From: a virus
IMG/VR virus record: IMGVR_UViG_3300045988_172855
Direction: 5' to 3' (one strand)
Length of the DNA: 64,000 nt
The notes under the pieces were generated by a model that saw only the letters and a program-made list of their open reading frames with translations, searched no databases and was not told the DNA's origin. Positions 36,527-46,197 of this stretch are shown piece after piece; within the stretch, counting starts at the first letter, position 1; the number at the start of each line of letters is the position of its first letter. Position numbers and translations under genes: made by a program.

Positions 36527-37006
36527 TTATTTGAAAGAATCGATGGATATGGTGTACAACAACTTAACTTTTATATCATTATAAGGTACCTCTAAAAATC
36601 CCTTATTAACCTTAAGAATCACGATATTTTCATTAGGACGATTTTCAATTACTTTATATTCTTTTTCGTTATAAATAACAATTTGTCCTTTCTGAAAAAG
36701 ATAATACGAATCCCAATAAGAAACACTCTTTTCTGAACTAGGTACATATTGAAAGTTTGGTTTACCTGACTCTCTTAAAAAGTCTTTTTGAAAGAAGAGT
36801 TCTAAAGCAATGTCTGAGTCGAATATACTTGGAAAGTGAAATTTTGTAGTGAGATCAATTATCTTTGCCTTTTTCTTTTCAGCAATATCACTGCTCATTT
36901 TCTTAAAGTGAGGGGTTTCGTATATAATTGCTCTAAGTCTTTGACTGAGATATTCTAATTGTAATATATTTACAAATTCTTGATTGGTTAAATTACGCGA
37001 TTTCAT
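36527..37006 (-). CDS. hypothetical protein
   Basis: 159-aa co-directional ORF. Confidence 0.55.
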   Translation of the reverse strand: MKSRNLTNQEFVNILQLEYLSQRLRAIIYETPHFKKMSSDIAEKKKAKIIDLTTKFHFPSIFDSDIALELFFQKDFLRESGKPNFQYVPSSEKSVSYWDSYYLFQKGQIVIYNEKEYKVIENRPNENIVILKVNKGFLEVPYNDIKVKLLYTISIDSFK

Positions 37007-37104
37007 ATTTTCGAATTTTTCGTGTAAAATAACTAAATTATGTTTAAAACAAAAAGAAAGAGCTACTTAATTCGTAACCCTTTCTTCTATAAAACTTTAA
37101 ATAA

Positions 37105-37461
37105 CTACCAATTAATTTTAACTAATCGACCTCCCCATCCTTTCGTTGTCGAGCCATTATATCCTGTTGATGAAGTCACTAATTTTCTATCTCTCACAAA
37201 TAAACCTTCTTTGTGTAATTCTTTTCCGTATCTACCATAGATAAATTCTCCTGTGAGAAGAGTTCCGTCTTCTCTATATGCCATTGATGTAAATCTACTT
37301 TCTTTTTCAAAATAAACTTTATGTCCTTCATGTTCAATGCAATCCATTTCAACTTCACAAAGAAATGATTCATAAACTTCTTTCATTCTTTTAGTCGGTT
37401 TTCCATTTCTCATTACTGGAACTTGAATTTTTCTAAGTTTTGGCATCATCATTGTTTTCAT
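37105..37461 (-). CDS. hypothetical protein (start moved to the ATG at 37461)
   Basis: The track start at 37536 lies inside the duplicated promoter element. MKTMMMPKLRK follows it by about 40 nt. Confidence 0.55.
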   Translation of the reverse strand: MKTMMMPKLRKIQVPVMRNGKPTKRMKEVYESFLCEVEMDCIEHEGHKVYFEKESRFTSMAYREDGTLLTGEFIYGRYGKELHKEGLFVRDRKLVTSSTGYNGSTTKGWGGRLVKINW

Positions 37462-37481
37462 AATTTTCTGTTTTAAATTGT

Positions 37482-37537
37482 TGTCCTTTTCTTTTGATGT
37501 TGTAAAGGTACACTTTTGATACACGCGGTCCAACAAT
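37482..37537 (-). promoter_or_regulatory. promoter box, sub-class I. Copy 1 of a 56-bp perfect direct repeat.
   Basis: tgtccttttcttttgatgttgtaaaggtacacttttgatacacgcggtccaacaat is identical to 38963..39018. Minus strand reads ATTGTTGgaccgcgtgtatcaaaagtgTACCTTTACaacatcAAAAGAAAAGGACA. Confidence 0.6.
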
Positions 37538-38544
37538 TACAGTAAATTATTTGCGAAAAAATTTATAGGCTCAATCAAATTGTCTAAAGCATCGAGTAAT
37601 TCATTTGCAGTTGCATCCCCTGGGTCTTTCTTTTTATCTTTTAGAAGGGCTATTCTCACATTGAAGTATCTTTGTAGAGAGAGTGAAGCACTTTTAATCA
37701 TTTCAGGTTTATCAGGATCATACATTAAAATGATATTTCGAACACCTCTCTTCTTTCTCAATAGTTTGATCTGATCTGTACCTATGTTATTACCAAATGT
37801 GAATATGCATTTGATCTCGTCTGTTTCGTATAAATGCAATTTATTGTCAACAGATATATAATCAAACATACCCTCAACAATTATCAAAGTGTCAGTGGTA
37901 TCTGTGATATTATCATATCCACCTATAACCTTAGCAAATCCATCGGTAGAGTTTTCATAGCGCAACACTAATTTTTCTTTACCTGCTTTAAATCTCTTCA
38001 GATTGCGTTCGTGCCATTCTTTACTTTTTGTTGATCGTGCTAACCAAGCTACCGTCTTGTGATTCATGGTGAATTGGAAAACAATCTTTTCTTTTAACTT
38101 TCTTTCTAAGAAAAAATTCGTTATAGCCGGTTTAAATTCATTGTAATATCTTTTATTGAATCCTCTTTTATCTAAATATTCATCTTTATTTAAATACTGT
38201 AATTTACTAGGTAATTTACATTCATTAAGTTCAAGAGATTCTTCAACCTCTTCTTCGTCTTCAACCAACGGAGTCAGCTTAGATGTTTTGATACTATTCT
38301 CATAATCTACTTTAGCAAGATCTAATCTAGAGATTTTGGCTAAAAAAGACCTTAAATTAGTTTTCGTTCCACATTTAAAACAATGAAATGTACCATTATT
38401 ATTTTGATCATTAAATCGAATCCCCCACTTACCTCCTTTTCCACAAAAAGGACAGACTTCATCTTTGTTTTGTAACCAACCTGCCGATCCGAATAGAGTT
38501 AGTCCTAACTCTTGGACTAACTCCTCTTTGTCAACTCTAAACAT
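37537..38544 (-). CDS. DNA primase (zinc finger plus Toprim)
   Basis: The zinc motif is CPFCGKGGKW...FHCFKCG. The Toprim acidic motifs are IIVEGMFDY and LMYDPD. Confidence 0.75.
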   Translation of the reverse strand: MFRVDKEELVQELGLTLFGSAGWLQNKDEVCPFCGKGGKWGIRFNDQNNNGTFHCFKCGTKTNLRSFLAKISRLDLAKVDYENSIKTSKLTPLVEDEEEVEESLELNECKLPSKLQYLNKDEYLDKRGFNKRYYNEFKPAITNFFLERKLKEKIVFQFTMNHKTVAWLARSTKSKEWHERNLKRFKAGKEKLVLRYENSTDGFAKVIGGYDNITDTTDTLIIVEGMFDYISVDNKLHLYETDEIKCIFTFGNNIGTDQIKLLRKKRGVRNIILMYDPDKPEMIKSASLSLQRYFNVRIALLKDKKKDPGDATANELLDALDNLIEPINFFANNLL

Positions 38545-38547
38545 AAT

Positions 38548-38934
38548 TTAATTCTCTTTAATTCCAAAAGTATCAAGACCAAAAGTCTCTGCAATATATA
38601 TTGATTTATCTTCATAGCTCATTCCGCGATACCAACGTTGCAACTCACATGCAGAAACACAAAGTATATCGGCTACATAACAACTCATCTTCCAAAATGA
38701 ACATTGGTCGTATGCCCCTATTTCTTTGAGATATTTTTTAGCAAAGTATTTAAGTGCTTTCTTAAGCATGGAAGTTTTATCTTCTATATCATAACGGTCT
38801 GTGCGTAGATAATATTTAAGACTGATGCTATTAACACCTCTTTTGTTAATCTCATCAAAAACATCTTTTGCCCAATACATTTCATCTTCTGTTAACTTCA
38901 TTGCTTTTATGTCTTTGCTGTATATCCGTTTCAT
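38548..38934 (-). CDS. hypothetical protein
   Basis: 128-aa ORF, first gene after the promoter copy at 38963..39018. Confidence 0.55.
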   Translation of the reverse strand: MKRIYSKDIKAMKLTEDEMYWAKDVFDEINKRGVNSISLKYYLRTDRYDIEDKTSMLKKALKYFAKKYLKEIGAYDQCSFWKMSCYVADILCVSACELQRWYRGMSYEDKSIYIAETFGLDTFGIKEN

Positions 38935-38962
38935 TGCTTTATCTCCTATTTTTAGTTAATAC

Positions 38963-39018
38963 TGTCCTTTTCTTTTGATGTTGTAAAGGTACACTTTTGA
39001 TACACGCGGTCCAACAAT
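38963..39018 (-). promoter_or_regulatory. promoter box, sub-class I. Copy 2 of the 56-bp perfect direct repeat.
   Basis: Identical to 37482..37537. Confidence 0.6.
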
Positions 39019-39021
39019 AAA

Positions 39022-40452
39022 TCAGATTTTTTTCGCTTTTGTCAATTTTTTCTCTTTTTCAGGCTTTTCATTTTTTCGCGTTTTTGTAGGTAAACCATTG
39101 AATAGTTGATTGGTTCTTACTCTATCATAAAAACGCCCATGATCATAATCCGTTGCGATAGGAATCACTTCTTGAGACTCTTTGAAGTCGCGAACCTTGT
39201 CATTGTAAATACGCATTGTATCAGTCTTTTTTTCTTCCATTGTCATATTACCTGTGAAAACATAAGAAAACGGCTTTACAAGCGTTTTATCACCCTCTGT
39301 ATAACTTCTATCGATCACTCTCTCGGAATTATCCCAAACCTCAATAGGAACATCACTTGCCTGAGTTGTTGTAAATCCAACCATTTTAAATTCAACACAA
39401 ATATTTTTAAATAACTGAGCGCATGTCTGTAATTTATCTTTTTTGAATTTAGGATTGTTATCTATAATCTTATTTAAACCTGTAGAAACAAGATCTAAAG
39501 AATCGAGAATTAAAACTTTTGGATAAAATCCGTTTGCTTTATGATAATCAAGAACAAGATTTCTTATATCTACCATAGTAGCTTCGCCAAACTTTTCAAA
39601 TCCATAAACATCAATGTCTTGTCCATACTCCTTCATCGTTTGATATGCTCTTAATACAGCCTCCTGATCTTCAGGTTCTAGATATCCTCGCCTAATATCG
39701 TTATACTTTTGTCCTGTCCAATATTGATCGTACTTATCAAGACATGCCTGGACACCTCCTTCTAACTGGATATGTAAAACAGGATGTCCGTCTAATGCAG
39801 CACTCATTCCGTGATGTCTTAATACGGTGGACTTTCCGATACCGGACCTCATTATCCACAATACAGTATCTTCTACTGCAGCACCACCATAGGATATCTC
39901 ATCAAGTCTATCTACGCCAAACGTAACTTTTTCAGGTGTCTTACTAGTCTCAATTTCACTCCTCTTTCTCTGCATTCGTAAATCGAATCCCTTAAATACC
40001 TTTTGAAAAGTTCCTGCATCTTGTCTTAATGAAATTTGCAATATTCGCTGACTTTCAGAAGCATTTGTCTGAATTGCTTCTTCTTTTTTTCCATCTTCAT
40101 ACAAATCGTGAACTTTTTTGCTCAACAGTTGGAATTCTACATCCTTGATATAAGATTCTAACTGATCAATTATTAATTCACGATCTACTTTATTGGCATT
40201 TTTAACTTCTTCAATCGCTTCTTGTACAAAATCATTATCAACATACTTTTGAGAGACTGTTCCCAAAGATGGAATAGTCTCTTTATTTGTAAAAATCTCA
40301 ATCGCTTCTTTTAAAAGAAATTTATATCCAGGCCACTCTTTAGGTATCAATTGATACGTTAAATTACAGACAGCTATTCTTGTTAGATATGGATCTAAAT
40401 AAATTAACTTAAATAGCTCTGCCATAAAATTGGCACTTAGTTTATTCGCCAT
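39022..40452 (-). CDS. DnaB-like replicative helicase (RecA-fold)
   Basis: Walker A is IMRSGIGKST and Walker B is VLILDSLDLV. It lies adjacent to the primase gene. Confidence 0.65.
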   Translation of the reverse strand: MANKLSANFMAELFKLIYLDPYLTRIAVCNLTYQLIPKEWPGYKFLLKEAIEIFTNKETIPSLGTVSQKYVDNDFVQEAIEEVKNANKVDRELIIDQLESYIKDVEFQLLSKKVHDLYEDGKKEEAIQTNASESQRILQISLRQDAGTFQKVFKGFDLRMQRKRSEIETSKTPEKVTFGVDRLDEISYGGAAVEDTVLWIMRSGIGKSTVLRHHGMSAALDGHPVLHIQLEGGVQACLDKYDQYWTGQKYNDIRRGYLEPEDQEAVLRAYQTMKEYGQDIDVYGFEKFGEATMVDIRNLVLDYHKANGFYPKVLILDSLDLVSTGLNKIIDNNPKFKKDKLQTCAQLFKNICVEFKMVGFTTTQASDVPIEVWDNSERVIDRSYTEGDKTLVKPFSYVFTGNMTMEEKKTDTMRIYNDKVRDFKESQEVIPIATDYDHGRFYDRVRTNQLFNGLPTKTRKNEKPEKEKKLTKAKKI

Positions 40453-40453
40453 A

Positions 40454-42136
40454 CTATACTAAATTTATCTCAACTTTTACTTCTTTTTCGTCTTCACGCA
40501 AACTATTGATACAAATAAATGAGGACATGCAAATATCGTCGTGTCCCGAACCAGCTTCCAATTTGCCGTTATCGCTTTTAAAAGTAATGGATGAAAATTC
40601 TCCGAACATCACATTAACTGCGTCTCTCGTCTCACCAACTGCATAAGGACATTTTAATTGTCCTCTCTCAAACATTGCAGAAAGACTTGGTAAACCTGTA
40701 TAAAGATCCTTCTTATTTCCTTCTGTTGTAGTAAAAGGCTCTATATTTTTCAATCCTCTTTCTTTAGCTAAACCTGAAAGTATGGACTGAAAACCATTCG
40801 ATTCACACACTATCTTATTCGGTCTAAATAAACGATCTAGTTGAACAATTTTATCTACTTGTTCATTGTGAGACATACCTCTTTGTCTATAATAATAAAG
40901 TAGATAATAATTCTTCATCGAATCAATACCCCAAATTGTATAAACCGTATAGTCTGCGCCAATATTACCTGAAACAGCAAAATCGACTCCTATATGCACA
41001 CGAGTTAATTTGATGGGGAAATCATCAATTGATGTTGCAAATCGAATTTGCTCCATTCCTATCGTAGATCTCATAAGATACTCGTAAGGGAATATCGTTG
41101 ACGAATCGCTAATAGGAACTACAAGATATTCTCGATTAAATACAATTGTCCCCAACTCTTCTTTCTTTTGAAGAATTTGATCAAAAGTATATCTATCAGG
41201 AGCAAGTGGACGACCGTCAGGAAAAATTACAGGATATTCAAAACAATAAAATCGCTTATCAGTTTTCAATACCTGATATAATTCATTGGGCGAAGAAGAA
41301 TAAGGAGTTCCACATACAAGAAAATAACCGTAAGGTTCTACGATAGGTTCTATAGTACCTTTGATTAATTCTTTGATCTTCTCTCTCTGTTCGTCTGAAT
41401 ATAACGAAGATTCATCAGGCATATCGTCACATACACAGGCTCCAACATGAAGACCGCGAATAAAACCATCTTTACCTCGAACGTGAAGTATTGAACCTGT
41501 TTCTGTCGTGATTCCTGTTTCACCGATACTTGCCTTACCATTTGGATTAAGTTTTTCTTTTATAAGATCATTTGTCTCAATCTCTTCTCTTACTTTAGCA
41601 ATCTGCACTTTCGCTAGAGTCATTGTAGATGTGATATAACAAGTCTCTTTTCGATTTTGATTATCAATTGTATTAGGTATCCATAAAGTCGGTCTACAAT
41701 AACTCCATAATCTCCATAATACAAATGCGTAAGAGAAGGTATAACTCTTACCTGAACCTCGACCACAAAGATAACAACTCCACGGAAACAACTGAATTAA
41801 ATTCCCCCACTCAATATTTCTCCATCCCATTCTAAAACTAGGAAGCATAGAGACAATGAAATAATTAAGCGATTGAATTTTTAATGTCGTGTCCATAGAG
41901 GCCTTAACATTCTCTATATAATCAAGACTTTCAGAATCAAGTGTTCGTCCAAGATAAAGAGCTCTTTCAGATTGACAAAGCATCTCTTGTAACATTCGAT
42001 CAACATCATTAGAATATCCTTCTAATAATTGATTTAAAGCTCTACCAGGTAGATCTTCAATTATTTTGTCGACAATATCACATAAATATCCAACTTGATT
42101 AGCTGATAATAAATCCTTTCCATCAAGTGACGTCAT
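40454..42136 (-). CDS. terL: terminase large subunit
   Basis: Walker A is CGRGSGKS and Walker B is CVCDDMPDE. The C-terminal RNase-H-like nuclease has HIGVDFA...D and GHDD. Confidence 0.8.
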   Translation of the reverse strand: MTSLDGKDLLSANQVGYLCDIVDKIIEDLPGRALNQLLEGYSNDVDRMLQEMLCQSERALYLGRTLDSESLDYIENVKASMDTTLKIQSLNYFIVSMLPSFRMGWRNIEWGNLIQLFPWSCYLCGRGSGKSYTFSYAFVLWRLWSYCRPTLWIPNTIDNQNRKETCYITSTMTLAKVQIAKVREEIETNDLIKEKLNPNGKASIGETGITTETGSILHVRGKDGFIRGLHVGACVCDDMPDESSLYSDEQREKIKELIKGTIEPIVEPYGYFLVCGTPYSSSPNELYQVLKTDKRFYCFEYPVIFPDGRPLAPDRYTFDQILQKKEELGTIVFNREYLVVPISDSSTIFPYEYLMRSTIGMEQIRFATSIDDFPIKLTRVHIGVDFAVSGNIGADYTVYTIWGIDSMKNYYLLYYYRQRGMSHNEQVDKIVQLDRLFRPNKIVCESNGFQSILSGLAKERGLKNIEPFTTTEGNKKDLYTGLPSLSAMFERGQLKCPYAVGETRDAVNVMFGEFSSITFKSDNGKLEAGSGHDDICMSSFICINSLREDEKEVKVEINLV

Positions 42137-42783
42137 TGCAATTCAAATGTATTTCTAAAACGTATTTTCTTCTTATTCGACAATTGTGTCTGACCTTCTC
42201 CTCTCAATTTCTTTATATAAGAAATTAAAAGCAAAGCATTGGCTTTTGTATCTGTCAAAGCTCTATGTGCATCTACAAGATCTATCCCTGCTAATTGACA
42301 ACATGTACTAAGTTTATAATCCATTTGTTCTAAAGCAGATAAATGAGCCCACGATAAAGTATCGATCCAATATTTGACATAATTATCAATATTATCTCCC
42401 ATATCTTCAAAAAAGTTTCTTAAAAAAGGAATATCAAACGATATATTGTGTCCTCCCATACTACACATTTGTCGAGGATTTTTGTATTTTTTAAATATGG
42501 CACAAACTTCTTTGTAAATTATTTTAAGTTCAACACCATTATTTTGTCTCACTTCCTTTTTAATCCCATGTACTTCTTCTGCTTCCTTTGTGTAAATTAA
42601 TTCTTCTTTATACTCATCTTTAAAAATGAAAGATTTTTCTTCAATAATTGAAAGATTTTCACAATCAATTACGACTAAAGCTAATTCAACTGCAGCTATA
42701 TCGTAATATGCTCTTTGTTTACTATTAGGTAAACCTCCTGTTTCAAAATCAAACATTATAATATACTTAGCAGATGTTTTCAT
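42133..42783 (-). CDS. DEDDh 3'-5' exonuclease (DnaQ / epsilon-like)
   Basis: ExoI is MFDFETGG, ExoII is GHNISFDIPFL, and ExoIII is AHRALTDT. Confidence 0.8.
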   Translation of the reverse strand: MKTSAKYIIMFDFETGGLPNSKQRAYYDIAAVELALVVIDCENLSIIEEKSFIFKDEYKEELIYTKEAEEVHGIKKEVRQNNGVELKIIYKEVCAIFKKYKNPRQMCSMGGHNISFDIPFLRNFFEDMGDNIDNYVKYWIDTLSWAHLSALEQMDYKLSTCCQLAGIDLVDAHRALTDTKANALLLISYIKKLRGEGQTQLSNKKKIRFRNTFELQ

Positions 42784-43516
42784 TTATTTCTTGTTTTAAA
42801 AATTCAACTAATTCTTCGATATTATCAGATACACTATTCGATTTCTCAAGATTGTCTTTTGCCCATAGAGGCTGTAAGTTTCTGTAATTGAAACAGATAC
42901 GTTGGTTTTCCTCTTTTGTCAAATCGAAATAAGAACACGGAATGATATGATCAATCTGCCACTTTCCTTCACCTTTTCCTAAATTATCCCACGTCATTCC
43001 AGGTTCAAATTGCATCTCGAGATGAGCTTTCAGCTCATCGATCGAGCAACCGAGAAGATTGAGAGTGTGATCTGATTTCTGATTGTTTTTAAGTGCTGTC
43101 AGAAGTCTACCTCTTAAATTAGAACTAATTTTATAATTTATATCACTAATTCTCTTTTCCTTGTAATATAAAGACGATTTCCCTAAAAGATTTCGTCTTT
43201 TTCTAGACTTTTCGTTAGACTTCTTTCCTTTTTCAGATCGTCTATACTCATCATTTATTTTTCTATAAACAACCTTACCTTTTTCAGAAGTTCGCCATCG
43301 TTTATTCCTCTCTCTTCTCAACAACCTTCCTCTTTCGGAACTAACATAATTCTTTTTACAATTTTTACATTGACAATCATAACCATCTGAACAACGTTTG
43401 TTCATATAAAAATGATCAAGTGACAATTTACATTTACAAACTGAACAAACCTTTAATCCCGTCTCACAATCAAATTTCATCTTTATAAACCTGATTATTT
43501 TCGTTCGCAAGTACAT
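42767..43516 (-). CDS. HNH endonuclease with an N-terminal Cys-rich region and basic repeats
   Basis: Contains WQIDHIIP...NLQPLWAKDN (HNH). The true start is probably MKFDCETG at 43480. Confidence 0.7.
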   Translation of the reverse strand: MYLRTKIIRFIKMKFDCETGLKVCSVCKCKLSLDHFYMNKRCSDGYDCQCKNCKKNYVSSERGRLLRRERNKRWRTSEKGKVVYRKINDEYRRSEKGKKSNEKSRKRRNLLGKSSLYYKEKRISDINYKISSNLRGRLLTALKNNQKSDHTLNLLGCSIDELKAHLEMQFEPGMTWDNLGKGEGKWQIDHIIPCSYFDLTKEENQRICFNYRNLQPLWAKDNLEKSNSVSDNIEELVEFLKQEINENIC

Positions 43517-43718
43517 TGTACATTCGTATTGTACAATGTTTTTTAGGAATCACAACAATCTCATTTCCACCAAGATATTCAGGTAAATGTCCTCTTGTTA
43601 TATAGGCCTGAATGTCATTTCTATTAAATTCTTTACCATTGTCTTTTTTAAAATTCTCATTCATCCAATGCAACAATCCTTGTGCATTAACCTCTCTTAA
43701 TAAATACTTTTCTCCCAT
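43470..43718 (-). CDS. hypothetical protein
   Basis: 82-aa co-directional ORF. Confidence 0.5.
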   Translation of the reverse strand: MGEKYLLREVNAQGLLHWMNENFKKDNGKEFNRNDIQAYITRGHLPEYLGGNEIVVIPKKHCTIRMYNVLANENNQVYKDEI

Positions 43719-43719
43719 A

Positions 43720-44115
43720 TCAATTTCTAGCTATTAATAATCTTTCAAAATCAACATCTCTTTGTTCTTCGTCTTCGTAAATGATATACAAATTTTTAAT
43801 AGGATTATCTTTAAACGAAGCTGTTTCATCTTCTAATTTATTGATAATTATAACAGGCTCTCCCTTTTTATTATACTCTTTCGATTGAGATATAATAAAA
43901 CCTTTCAATAAACTAAAATCGTTACCAAAGACAAAATTACGCTTTTTTATATTACCAGCAAAATTTATCCAATTATCAGCTTCCTCATAAAGTTTCATTT
44001 CATTTTCCTTATCAGGAAGTGTTTCGTAATTTTGCAATCTTGCTGCAAATCTCTTTAAACCTGCACTTTCAAATACTTTGATGCATAGATCAATTATCTT
44101 TCTATCTTGATTCAT
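43720..44115 (-). CDS. hypothetical protein
   Basis: 131-aa co-directional ORF. Confidence 0.55.
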   Translation of the reverse strand: MNQDRKIIDLCIKVFESAGLKRFAARLQNYETLPDKENEMKLYEEADNWINFAGNIKKRNFVFGNDFSLLKGFIISQSKEYNKKGEPVIIINKLEDETASFKDNPIKNLYIIYEDEEQRDVDFERLLIARN

Positions 44116-44536
44116 CTCGTTCTTTTTCTAAAAGTTTAAAAATCAATTCTTCAGGAATTTGCTTTATAAGTTTCGATCTATCACCAAAATCATAAATATA
44201 GTGACAATTTTGACAAGCCAAAACAATATTTTCAGAATCACATCTTAATGTAGGATGTGCTCCTCTTGAAAGAATGTGACTAAAAAATATAGGTTTGGGA
44301 TTATTTCCCAATCTTTTACCACAATGAAAACAAATATGTTTTCTAGTTCTCCATATTTCATCGAAAACCACTTGAAGTTCGTTATTTTCTTTTTCAAGAG
44401 TATTCTTATTCAAAGAACTTTTCTTTCTATCGTCATCGCATTTTTTACAAAGCCATTTATTCCTGTTAAAAATCTTGTGTTCTGTTTTACAACAAACACA
44501 CGGTCTCACTTCTTCTTTAATTCGCTTTATATACAT
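44102..44536 (-). CDS. zinc-finger endonuclease-like protein (NinG/Rap-like), tentative
   Basis: Contains CVCCKTE...CKKCDDD and CFHCGKRL...SHILSRG...ACQNCH, which resembles the lambda NinG family layout. Confidence 0.4.
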   Translation of the reverse strand: MYIKRIKEEVRPCVCCKTEHKIFNRNKWLCKKCDDDRKKSSLNKNTLEKENNELQVVFDEIWRTRKHICFHCGKRLGNNPKPIFFSHILSRGAHPTLRCDSENIVLACQNCHYIYDFGDRSKLIKQIPEELIFKLLEKERDESR

Positions 44537-44775
44537 TAAAAATTTTGATATAATTCAAGATTATTGAAAACATAACACTCTTTATCTCTTATTTGCGGAT
44601 ACATGTAGGATGGGATTTCTGCTATTTTACGGGCATTTCCCCAATATGATATCTGGTCTTTTACATCAAATAGAAGTTGCGGAGTATCATAAAACAGGTT
44701 CAGTTCCCCTTCCTTTTTAACATCTTCATCCCATTTACCTTCGTCACGGGCGATATATAATTTAAAATTGTTCAT
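44536..44775 (-). CDS. hypothetical protein
   Basis: 79-aa ORF. AAGGAG lies upstream of the ATG. Confidence 0.5.
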   Translation of the reverse strand: MNNFKLYIARDEGKWDEDVKKEGELNLFYDTPQLLFDVKDQISYWGNARKIAEIPSYMYPQIRDKECYVFNNLELYQNF

Positions 44776-44784
44776 AATGATTAT

Positions 44785-45072
44785 TCACTCCTTTAATCTT
44801 TTAATTAGTGCATCAGCGCAATTAACCGCATATTTAGCGAGTGCATCAGAATTACCCCCACAGTCATCTGCTATAACAGCCTTAATAATATCTTTCGCTA
44901 ATTCGTACCTACGTTGTTCCCAGTCAATAGTTTCACTAAAGAAATCAAGTTCGCATTCTCTGTAAACCATGTTATCACATACATATAAATAATTATTGTT
45001 ATGTTGAGAGTTGATGTTTAATTGGGGAGTTACATCTACCAAAACTCCTGTTGATTTTATTCTTGCTTTCAT
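44785..45072 (-). CDS. hypothetical protein
   Basis: 95-aa ORF. Its N-terminus MKARIK is shared with the upstream mini-ORF. Confidence 0.5.
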   Translation of the reverse strand: MKARIKSTGVLVDVTPQLNINSQHNNNYLYVCDNMVYRECELDFFSETIDWEQRRYELAKDIIKAVIADDCGGNSDALAKYAVNCADALIKRLKE

Positions 45073-45075
45073 CGT

Positions 45076-45246
45076 TTAATCATTTATTTTAACATAACGC
45101 TTAGTAATAGTACCGAATGAATGATACCGATGCCAAACTATATTTCCACGCTGAATTTCAGTAAGCCAATCACAAGCTTTAAAAACTTGTCCTACATTGT
45201 ATAGGAATGGTCTTTTTTGAATTTTTCTTTTTATTCTTGCTTTCAT
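45076..45246 (-). CDS. small basic protein (56 aa, below the track cut-off)
   Basis: Hand translation: MKARIKRKIQKRPFLYNVGQVFKACDWLTEIQRGNIVWHRYHSFGTITKRYVKIND*. AAGGAGG lies 5 nt upstream, and there is a TAATG overlap with the upstream stop. Confidence 0.45.
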   Translation of the reverse strand: MKARIKRKIQKRPFLYNVGQVFKACDWLTEIQRGNIVWHRYHSFGTITKRYVKIND

Positions 45247-45698
45247 TATTCCTCCTTTGTTTTAAAATGTTCAATCAGTTCGTCTACGGTAGCCTTGTGA
45301 ATGGTATCCGTATTAACATCAATATCACTGTAGACCCAATAGGTAGAGAACTTGGTTTTAGGACACAGAATCCACTTATCCCCATCCGTAAACCATTGGT
45401 ACTTGTCTGTATCATCCCTTAATGCAGCGATAGCCAGGAATAGTTCTTCATTCGTTCCGCAATCAATACGTCCTTTCTTAGTGACAGTATCTACATTATA
45501 TATCACTCCATATAAATTACCATAAGACGTTATAATAGCTTTCCCTTCTTCGATACTTTTATGACTTCCCTTTCCGTCATAATTATGTTCATCTAATGTT
45601 GTATTACCAAAATTAAGTATGTTATACCCCAATTCTTCCAGTCCTATCCGAAGTTCCTGTGTGTTTTTGCGTATAAAGCACGGTGTTGTAAATCCCAT
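45246..45698 (-). CDS. hypothetical protein
   Basis: 150-aa ORF with AAGGAGG 8 nt upstream of the ATG. Confidence 0.6.
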   Translation of the reverse strand: MGFTTPCFIRKNTQELRIGLEELGYNILNFGNTTLDEHNYDGKGSHKSIEEGKAIITSYGNLYGVIYNVDTVTKKGRIDCGTNEELFLAIAALRDDTDKYQWFTDGDKWILCPKTKFSTYWVYSDIDVNTDTIHKATVDELIEHFKTKEE

Positions 45699-45700
45699 AA

Positions 45701-45991
45701 TTATTCCTCCTTAATTATTCGCTCATTTATAATAAACTCTCCATGAATATCAATGGGAAGCATATTGGAAACACTCGCATGATAAGTCTTACCGTCCATT
45801 GCCTTACATAGTGGATGTATTTCTTTAGGCATAGGGGCAGGACATTTTTTACAATGTCTTATCATTTCAAAATGTCTGTTTTCCTTATTGCCACAACATT
45901 CACAATGAATTGGATAGTAAAAATAAGTACGTTCCAACTGGGTTTCTTTTCCACATATTTCGCATCTGCCCCATTCTATTGAATTACACAT
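45701..45991 (-). CDS. Cys-rich (zinc-ribbon-like) hypothetical protein
   Basis: Contains CEICGKE...CECCG...CKKC. AAGGAGG lies upstream of the ATG. Confidence 0.55.
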   Translation of the reverse strand: MCNSIEWGRCEICGKETQLERTYFYYPIHCECCGNKENRHFEMIRHCKKCPAPMPKEIHPLCKAMDGKTYHASVSNMLPIDIHGEFIINERIIKEE

Positions 45992-45994
45992 AAT

Positions 45995-46195
45995 TTATTC
46001 CTCCTTTTCTGTTTTAATATCTGTTACTTTACCACGATTGACAAAGCACTGGTCCATGTTTGGGTTTTCATAAGCTATATCGCAAATGATTTCTGAACTA
46101 TCATCACACTCATTTTGTAATGAGCACTCATCACATATTCCAACGCACAATTCATGCAACACCCCGTCTATTATTATTCCGTTCTTTATTTCCAT
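45995..46195 (-). CDS. small Cys-rich hypothetical protein (start moved to the ATG at 46195)
   Basis: The track start is a TTG that overlaps the upstream gene. MEIKNGIIIDG begins 2 nt after that gene's stop. Confidence 0.5.
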   Translation of the reverse strand: MEIKNGIIIDGVLHELCVGICDECSLQNECDDSSEIICDIAYENPNMDQCFVNRGKVTDIKTEKEE

Positions 46196-46197
46196 AA

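Noticed and set aside
37482-39018. Possible CRISPR-like or other repeat array, suggested by the identical 56-bp elements.
   Set aside because: There are only two copies, 1.48 kb apart, separated by protein-coding genes. The element matches the promoter and leader family found throughout the window.
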